Below are positions 36,892 through 44,571 of a stretch of 44,571 bases of DNA, piece by piece; the first letter of the stretch is position 1; each line of letters starts with the position of its first letter. The stretch spans positions 1-44,571 of the forward strand of contig KE561005.1 of NCBI GenBank assembly GCA_000442015.1. The letters run 5' to 3'. The stretch comes from Rozella allomycis CSF55. Lineage: Eukaryota. A program made the position numbers and the translations under genes. The notes beneath the pieces are model-generated. The model worked only from the letters and a program-made list of their open reading frames with translations, made no database searches and had not been told where the DNA came from.

Positions 36892-37550
36892 CACGCTCCA
36901 ATACATTAATTGAAACCTTATTCAAAAGATTATGTATTTTAAAATCAATATTAGGTTTACTGTTTTCTCTGAATCCGTGAAATTGTCGTCATTGTTAATT
37001 AAATTAGTCGATATTGTTTCTTCTTTTGTATTAACCAGAATGTTCGTCAAATACAATTCGTATAAACGCTTTATGCTTTCATCCTTGCACCCATTTTCTT
37101 GAATGGATAACCATTCACCCAATAATTCTTTAGCCAGGAAAAACTTATTTTCGCGGCATAAAACCAGTGTGCTATATCCCATATAATTAAACATTACCAC
37201 AAAGTCATAGTCTCCTTTGATACCGANAGAATTAAGCATTACCATAAAGTCATAGTTTCTTTTGATACCGACTGTAAATCCTTGTAATATTCCCTGAAAA
37301 TCTCCAAACAACTGTCTTTGCAAATATTTTCTATACCGAGATGACACTTGCAAGCGCATGCTTTCGCAATAAACGAGTCACGTAAATCTTCCGACTCGTG
37401 GATATGAGATAATGCGAATTGACACTGTTCAAGACATTTGTCAAATTGCTTCTGTAAAAACAGACGTAGGACTGATCGGTACTGTTGTTGGGAGTTAAAG
37501 GGAGGTTTTCGAGGGGAAAATGTGCTTTCATTAAATTGTGTAACGGTCAT
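36892..37550 (-). CDS. Pex26/Pex15-like peroxin (partial, gap-disrupted)
   Basis: YRSVLRLFLQKQF and LYELYLTNILV...LINNDDNFTDSEK resemble remembered fungal Pex26 motifs; interrupted by n at 37227 and truncated at n 36891. Confidence 0.45.
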
Positions 37551-37849
37551 TGGAAACAAAAATTAGGAAATCGGAAAATTACAACAGTGCACTATGTGAC
37601 CGGCTAATTGAATCAGACAAAATTTAAGCCCTAGATGTTAATAGATTTTAACACTAATATATTTTATTGATTTCATTGATTAGAGGATTGCAGCGCTTTG
37701 ACTATCATNGATTAGAGGATTACAGCGCTTTGACTTTCTTCAATAAAACCTGCTGAAAAATGATCAAAAAATTAAAACGATCCGATCAATACATCTATTT
37801 ATCGAAAGAAAATTCAAACATATTGTAATCATGAATAAAATGTCTTTAT

Positions 37850-39580
37850 TTAATAAGAAATCATTTTCGGGTCAGAAATACTGTCTGTGATCATCTTAGA
37901 TAGTCTTTCGATTTTATTATGATATTGCAATTTCTTTAACAAGTCCACCTTAACGTCATCATTTTCAAGAAAAGGTATAGCTAATTCAAATGATTTTTCC
38001 ATTGAAAATTGAAAATCTTGAGAAAGAAGAGACGATAATAGTAAGTATGGTTTGGGAACAATACCGGATAGCTTGACTAACCATTCCATGTTTCTGTCTC
38101 CCCTGTGAATGTCCAACGAGGCTTCAAAAAACTTCAATTCAAAAAATTTGTAATTTGCATCTTTGATATAATGCAAAACTTTTCTGAAAACACCTATTCT
38201 TGTTTCGTCTTCGGGGGTTAAAACTCTCAAAACATCAAACCAACTAATTTCGTACAGATAAGTTTTAGAAACATCATCAAGTGAAGTTAATAGCAATTGC
38301 TCCATTTTACGTAATTGGTTCGATTCTTGATCCTTCATGAATTCAGAAAACAGGTCTCTCCAGCTACGCCCAATATTTCTGTGCACAAATATATTAGATT
38401 CTTTTAATAACTTAAATGCAGCGGGATTACATTCTGAAAATATTTCTTGATATATTAATGGCCCATCCTTTGGGAAATATTTTACAATTTCCAAAAACGT
38501 TTCTTTGCGATTTGTCAGAAAAGAGTTATCTCGAAATATTCTCTTAAAAAACCTTCTTTTATGAGATTCAGACATTTGAAATTTGGTTTTAAGAACTTCC
38601 TTTACAATTACCGCCAGAACATCTGGGCTTGAATTGAATGAATGGCTAGAAATCAAAGTTTCCATTAAATCATTAAATCCTGAATAAGACAATGCATTTA
38701 AATGATTGTTAAGCATCCATACACCAAAATGAAGAAATCCTGAATCTGTACTTGTGCTATTGCAGGCTTTTTCGAGGGTTTCCAGCATTGTTGATTGATC
38801 AATTGGCTGTAGATTCACCATTTGTTCAGCAACATATTTATTTAACTCATTCGTGCTCAAATATGGTTGCGAAATCAGGTTGCGAATACTTTGAATATTA
38901 TTCTGTATCATTTGAATAAATGGAATAACAAAATACTTTTCAAATCCCATAGAGGTCAATAGTTCTTCAGAAATCAGGCGGTGACGATAAAATTGAGATA
39001 ACATATACGCCATAGGTAAGTTACGAATAAATGGATTGATTCTCGTAGACAATAACTGCGACTTTTGCTCCAAGTAAAATTTACGTTTTTGCAATATTTG
39101 CACACATTTTACCATATTATGAATTAAGCAAAATGCTAAAGGATCAATATCCGGCCTTTGGCTTCTTAAATGGCGGTATTTGTAATTGTAATCGTGACAA
39201 TTGAACGGTGTAAATCCTCTTTGCTTGATCAAAAGTTCAATAAGATCTTTGTTTGAGATGATTTTAATATTTTTAAAGTCTCCATTTGGGTCCAAAATAT
39301 TTTGATACTTTTTATAGATCACTTCTTGTTCGCAGTCGACCATAGAACTGCAACGGCCAAACCAATGAAAGAGAATATGCGGGTGTAGTGTAAGATTTTG
39401 ATTCAAATTCCTTTGAGTCATTCGAAACCGAGTGCTGCTGCTCACATCCATAAAATAGCTGTTGATTCGATCATAGATATGAAATGGTAAATTTTCATTG
39501 GGAGCACTTGTAGAGACCTCTGTTGCGATAACAGACCAAGCTACTAGGAAAAATATCATGATATGCTTCAAGTCAAACAT
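37850..39580 (-). CDS. Secreted hypothetical protein, 576 aa, apparently intronless
   Basis: Uninterrupted ORF; signal peptide MFDLKHIMIFFLVAWSVIA; no domain recognised. Confidence 0.85.
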   Translation of the reverse strand: MFDLKHIMIFFLVAWSVIATEVSTSAPNENLPFHIYDRINSYFMDVSSSTRFRMTQRNLNQNLTLHPHILFHWFGRCSSMVDCEQEVIYKKYQNILDPNGDFKNIKIISNKDLIELLIKQRGFTPFNCHDYNYKYRHLRSQRPDIDPLAFCLIHNMVKCVQILQKRKFYLEQKSQLLSTRINPFIRNLPMAYMLSQFYRHRLISEELLTSMGFEKYFVIPFIQMIQNNIQSIRNLISQPYLSTNELNKYVAEQMVNLQPIDQSTMLETLEKACNSTSTDSGFLHFGVWMLNNHLNALSYSGFNDLMETLISSHSFNSSPDVLAVIVKEVLKTKFQMSESHKRRFFKRIFRDNSFLTNRKETFLEIVKYFPKDGPLIYQEIFSECNPAAFKLLKESNIFVHRNIGRSWRDLFSEFMKDQESNQLRKMEQLLLTSLDDVSKTYLYEISWFDVLRVLTPEDETRIGVFRKVLHYIKDANYKFFELKFFEASLDIHRGDRNMEWLVKLSGIVPKPYLLLSSLLSQDFQFSMEKSFELAIPFLENDDVKVDLLKKLQYHNKIERLSKMITDSISDPKMISY

Positions 39581-39590
39581 TTTTTACGCG

Positions 39591-39597
39591 CCAGGGT
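39591..39597 (-). promoter_or_regulatory. ACCCTGG start-proximal motif (576-aa secreted gene)
   Basis: Ends 10 nt before the ATG at 39580. Confidence 0.5.
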
Positions 39598-39701
39598 ATA
39601 ATTTTGAAAATTTCGTAGATCAGATGATTCAAATCTGTATCAGATTGTCATTTGTGGAATGATTGGCAACATACTTTGATTAAATAGTTAATATACATGA
39701 C

Positions 39702-39793
39702 CAGCGGTTCCNGCGCAAGGCAATGACTCCAAGTAATTTGTAGATACCCATATTTTTGAAACTAAATAGGTCAGGCAGATTGTACGCTGCAAG
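39702..39793 (+). mobile_element. Second copy of the hAT derivative (terminus, gap, dimerization-domain piece)
   Basis: CAGCGGTTCC then n 39712, then about 80 nt nearly identical to 36811-36890. Confidence 0.8.
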
Positions 39794-40499
39794 NTTGCGA
39801 AATTTCTAACATTGAAAGGGCAATGTAAACCTTAAGTACGATCTGATGAAGACTTTTAAGATGATCTCCAAAGCATATTCTGTGCATTATAAGAAGAGCT
39901 TAAAATCGCGATGGCCGGCAAATACATTTGCAAAATGACCCGATTGAAAGAAAGAGAAGACGCCCTTTTGAAAAAGGAGCTTTTTTAGAGAANGAAATTT
40001 TCACTTGGTAAGTAAATTCTGTCTACTATTTTTTTCGAAAAAGAACGTGTTTTATTTAAACAAAAGTGATTTGATATTTCTAATGGTCCTAGGATATTTA
40101 ATTTTGAATTAGACTTATTTATGCAAGTTCAGGCGGATTTCCCAGACCTTTCTATTTCCAAATCTTTCATCAGTTTCATTTAGCATTTTAAATTCTTATG
40201 CCGTGCGAAAAGAATTTCATTGTATTCAAGGTTTTAGGAGATCCGATTTAGTAAAGGTACGAAAGATTTTGGATTAAATGTTCAGAAAATAAAGAAAAGA
40301 ATGGGTCGATGAACAAGTAACAATGAAAATATTTCTTCGAAGCTTCTAGAAGGCAAGTGGCCATGACAACATAGGGATATAAAGGGGAAGCGGACAAGTA
40401 GATCAATCTCCTTGCTGATTTCTATGCCTTTAATCTATCCTTCCAACCATCACAATTTAATATGAAAGTTATGACCAATAAAAACGACTTTTGATTTCA

Positions 40500-41110
40500 A
40501 AATATCGTTACTCGCTATCAGGGGCCTATGCATAAAAACGGTCCCAAACAGCATATAAAGCTATACAGGTAATTTTATTTCAAAACAAAGCCACCGCTAA
40601 AGGAATTTAGATGGTCATTTGCTTTATGCTTACAAAGAATCGTGCGTGTACAAAATATAGTATTGGGTTTAGATTAAAAGATGGCCATAACGGCGCTTGT
40701 TGGAATAGTCATTTTTTCATATAGGCAAATTGTTCTTTGGTTTCAAAAAGTCAATTTCATTTTCAACTAACAAAAGTTGGAATCACTAACCGTTTCGTTT
40801 TTTCTATATTCAAAGGATGCACATGCCAACCAATATGGGTTTCTAAAGGAGAACGATTTTGTCAAATTCAAATCATAGAAGATATGTACAACATTTTTGT
40901 ATTGGATAAAACGGAGAGATAGAGAGGCCACTAACAAGTTATGATAAAAAGATTGTTTTTGAAAAACAATAGCAAATGCTGACTATACAAGTATGACAGA
41001 AATGAGAAAAGCTCTCTCTTGATCTGCTATCAAAGATTCAATAGCTCAAACTGATTATCAAATCCCCCGGCATATGTCATATTTATCCAGATTCAAATTT
41101 AGCTCTGAAA
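40500..41110 (+). pseudogene. Highly decayed Crinkler-type paralog (plus strand)
   Basis: PLKEFRWSF (cf. ELVREFRFAF) and aggccactaacaagtt.tgat shared in inverted orientation with the minus-strand copies. Confidence 0.55.
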
Positions 41111-41129
41111 GAAATTGACAAATAATTCC

Positions 41130-41390
41130 AAGCCTTTTCATCTTGTATCTATATCCTACTGATTTTACTTACTGTTCAAGAACAATTTTTCTATCAAAAC
41201 TTGTTAGTGGCATGATCGCTTGTCTTTACGTACCATTCAATAGAAGAATATATTACATTTCTTCAATGATATGTAATTTTATATCATATTTCTCCTTTAA
41301 GAACTTTCTGAACTCGATTCTGTATGCTTTGTAGGCGCTGGTCATAAACTTGAATGTTATTTCCTTCCGATTTATCGTTTACTCCCAAAG
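41130..41390 (-). pseudogene. Fragment of Crinkler-type paralog
   Basis: Collinear nucleotide similarity to 42390-42640 (aaacttgttagtggc.tgatcgc, tacatttcttcaatga, tttctgaact). Confidence 0.65.
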
Positions 41391-41999
41391 AANGGAAATA
41401 CTATAATTTTTTTTGTAAACAAAGTCTTAATTGAATAACAACAAAAAACGAAGTTCCAGTAAAAGCATTAAGAATATTATAACCTTTTTTGTTATTTTAA
41501 GAAATTTTANCATCTAATGGATAACCTCAGTTACATACGCACTCAGTTACAACATGCCAATAATCGTTTCGTTAGTCCGGACCGTAACTCTTCGTCATAT
41601 ATATAATATATTCCTTAATGATGTCTTCCTCGATGATGAGAATTCATTACAAGTATTTTTAAGAGTGTATTTGACCGCATGACAGTCTGAGTCACNCATA
41701 AACACTCTGATCCTAATTCTTTGGGAATCAGTCTGGGATGGGCCTTGCTTCAAAACAATGAATTGGCGCACTCTTGGATGTTATCGCATTCGTTTGCTTC
41801 AGATTCCAGTTCGGCATTAAAAGGACCAAGGGTGATGACCTATCCATCCAATCCGAGAAAAGCCTTGATCTAAATGTGCAAGACAAGTTAAAACAGATGC
41901 ATGTAGCTGAAGATGTAGTAACGACCATATAAAAAGGACCCATAATAAACTGGGTTAAAATAATTTATTTTTTTGAACTTTGCGCTNGAACGTAAAAGA

Positions 42000-43260
42000 T
42001 TAAACAGTTTCAATAGCACATTTCACAGCGAAAAGCGTTGCTTGGGTTTCATGGTTTGAATGGGGGACGAAGATGTTGAGATCATTGACCGAATTAGTTG
42101 GATCTAAAGGGGCCAAAACGAGGGGATTTCTCTTGTCTACGAAAAGATCTAGATCCGCGATTGAAAAGAATTTATATTCAAAATCTTCCAAATTGATCTC
42201 TAATTGCTCATTGATGGTAATTTTTAAACGTTTTTTTGTTTTAGGGATCTCAAAATGAAATAATGTTCAACTTTTTACCCCTTACAACCTGAGGGCCTGA
42301 ATGTATTGCCAGCATAAGAATCCATTATATTCAAATTTAACTCTGGAAGCATCGACAAACAATCCCAAACCACATTCCAAGCAATTCTGTTTTTCATTTT
42401 GTACCTATATCCAGCGGCTGTTACTTTGCTTTCAACAACAATCGTTTCATCAAACTTGTTAGTGGCCTGATCGCCTGTCTTATCGTACCATCCAATAAAA
42501 GAATATAGTACATTTCTTCAATGACTATTAACTTGCTATCATCGTTTTCCTTTAAAAATTTTCTGAACTGAATTGTATATTCTTTGTACGCGTTTTCCTT
42601 ACATTTTTTGACTTCTTTTGAATGTTATTTCCTTTCGATTTAAGACAAGTGGAAGCATCCAATGTGTAACCGCCCAGTTACATCCAACACACTCCAGATT
42701 TCTAAATCAGACATTCGATTTTCACTGTCAACAAGTTCGGAAAAAGAACGGCCCTCCCATACTTGCATTTCAAAGTCTTTTGCAACATACATACCATAAT
42801 ATGTTGACTTAGTTTCAATATTACAATTTATAGGGAAACTGATGAATACAGAAAAATTTTGATACAAATATTCGAACAAACATTCAATGTCTATTTGATT
42901 CTTCTTGTTTAAGATTGAATCAAATCGGCCAAAGGTTAGCACTGGTGTTTTACATCCTTTGCTTCCCGAAAGGCACGATTTAAACACATAAAGAATCCAA
43001 CAAGGTCAATAGCCTCCTGTTCATACTGTTCAAGTATTGATTCTACAAAATCGTATGGGAATGCAAATCTGAATTCTCGTACAAGCTCCATTGGATTATG
43101 ATATTAAAACGCCAAAGCACTGCAGGATGGTAGAAACAAGACCAGATGCCCTTTCTTCTTTAATATGCCACAAAATAAATATAATGTGTGACTTTTGCCA
43201 AAACCTTTAGGTCCAGTCGAATTCAATGTATTCGATCCTCGCAAACTTTAATGAAATCAT
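42000..43260 (-). pseudogene. Crinkler/CR-type P-loop NTPase + restriction-endonuclease-like pseudogene
   Basis: Walker A GPKGFGKSH (43188-43214) followed by TLYLFCGILKKKGHLVLFLPSC...FRFAF, LDVTGRL, and C-terminal LVLAPLDPTNSVNDLNIFVP...LFAVKCAI; stops and frameshifts throughout. Confidence 0.7.
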
Positions 43261-43623
43261 GCGTCAATGTTCTATACATAATTGGCGATAGATATATATT
43301 AAATGTAGCGGAAAGGCTACAAGAAATAATATCACGCAAACGGTGAACAGACCACGGCCCCGTTTGGAGACGAGACTGCCACCATTTTCGATCGCAAACT
43401 TGATTGACAGCATCAAAGCCATAAGATATCTTTAAGGATATAATATTTTTTTAATTATTAGCCTGTGCCTAGCGAGTTGTAGATCCATTTGATAGGTATA
43501 AGTAGAAGGTCTAGTCCATATATTTTTTAAGGGTCAGATAATCATTTAATTTCTTTTTAATTTGACATCCCAAAACTGAAAACACTAAACATGTCCCATC
43601 TGAATCTCCCCTCTTGACAACGA

Positions 43624-44269
43624 ATGTACCGCGCCTGCCGACCGACCCTTCCCACAATGAAAAGCACCATCCGTTCCAAACCCCAGCTCCGGTTCAAATC
43701 CAGTTCCCTTCCCAGCCCATGCGACACTCCCGAATCCTGTCACCCATATCTGCAAGCCAAGCTAGAGTCCCTCGAATCCCTCCTGCACACGCACAGTAAC
43801 CACACACTCCACCACTAATCTAGCGCGTCTGCTCACCGACATCCAAACAAAGCACGCGCTTCAGACCAAGATGCTTTGCGAAATCACTCAAGGTCTCGGC
43901 CACCGCTTCGAGCAGTACAATGCGGAATGGATCCGCCAGTATTTCCGGGTGCAGGGCTACGGCGACATTGATTTGATCGTTAATAGACGCGAAGCTGATC
44001 TGATGCACGAGGTGAATGAAAAGGGCAGCGAGTTTGAGATTGATATCATGTGCTTTGAGCCGTTTTTGATTTGCGAGGCGACATCGTATTTGAAGGAGGA
44101 TGAGGTTGAGAAGGTTGACAAGTTTGTAAAGATTGGACAGGTTATGCGGAAACGGTATATGAAGAAGCCGGAAATGTTCTTTTTCGCATTGGCTGTGGAG
44201 CCGAGGATTAAGGAGGAGGTTAAGATGATATGCGCCAAAAATAATATAAAATTGGTGACACAATGGTGA
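43624..44269 (+). CDS. PD-(D/E)XK nuclease-like protein with putative mitochondrial presequence (2 exons, 205 aa)
   Basis: Intron 43796-43823 (GTAACC...CTAATCTAG) joins ORFs 43624 and 43871 in frame; motifs GHRFE, EFEIDI, LICEATS. Confidence 0.75.
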
Positions 44270-44571
44270 AATGTAGCATAAAGGACGTACCCAATAAATT
44301 GTGCAATGTGCTTAATAAATAGTGCTAATGGTATATCATATTTTGTTTTATTAATTGGTTTCAATTGAATGCTTTGATTTCAATTCAGGACATGATTCCA
44401 AATGCTTCAACGGCCCAATTACATTTTCAATTATATTCGGCAGATTTGACAGATCACTACCTTTCAGCTCGNTCGATGGATTCTTCCGACACAATAAAGT
44501 TACTGCACGTTTTAACAAGCTAATTACATTTAAACAAACGAGTTACCTGGCTGAGACTTGTTTTATCCAAA

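Noticed and set aside
43820-44364. Minus-strand ORFs of 147 and 135 aa
   Set aside because: Antisense shadows of the plus-strand nuclease-like gene; the same applies to shadow ORFs over PMT4, the LRR gene, insulysin, RPT6 and CLUAP1.

Overview
AT-rich eukaryotic scaffold with ultra-short (about 25-30 nt) spliceosomal introns, a fungal-type PMT4 and a flagellar IFT gene (CLUAP1/IFT38). This fits a zoosporic early-diverging fungal relative; Rozella-like is my inference, not confirmed. Single 'n' characters behave as collapsed assembly gaps. Two compact housekeeping blocks (PMT4 and an LRR gene at 4.8-8.7 kb; insulysin, KGD1 5' part, ALG14, WNK kinase, IQ protein, RPT6 and CLUAP1 at 23.6-36.1 kb) alternate with decayed-transposon blocks (non-LTR RT, MULE, CRE-type LINE with a nested TSD-flanked LINE, a Helitron-like repeat nest, hAT derivatives, Crinkler-type NTPase/REase pseudogenes). 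Most interesting: (1) a signal-peptide-bearing, N-terminally truncated exportin-1/CRM1 derivative with a duplicated C-terminal module, a candidate secreted effector aimed at host nuclear export; (2) a His/Lys-rich 8-Cys defensin-like peptide and an F-box gene next to it; (3) an intron-containing PD-(D/E)XK nuclease-like gene with a mitochondrial-type presequence; (4) an ACCCTGG motif just upstream of several start codons. All homology calls come from manual translation and remembered motifs; no searches were run.
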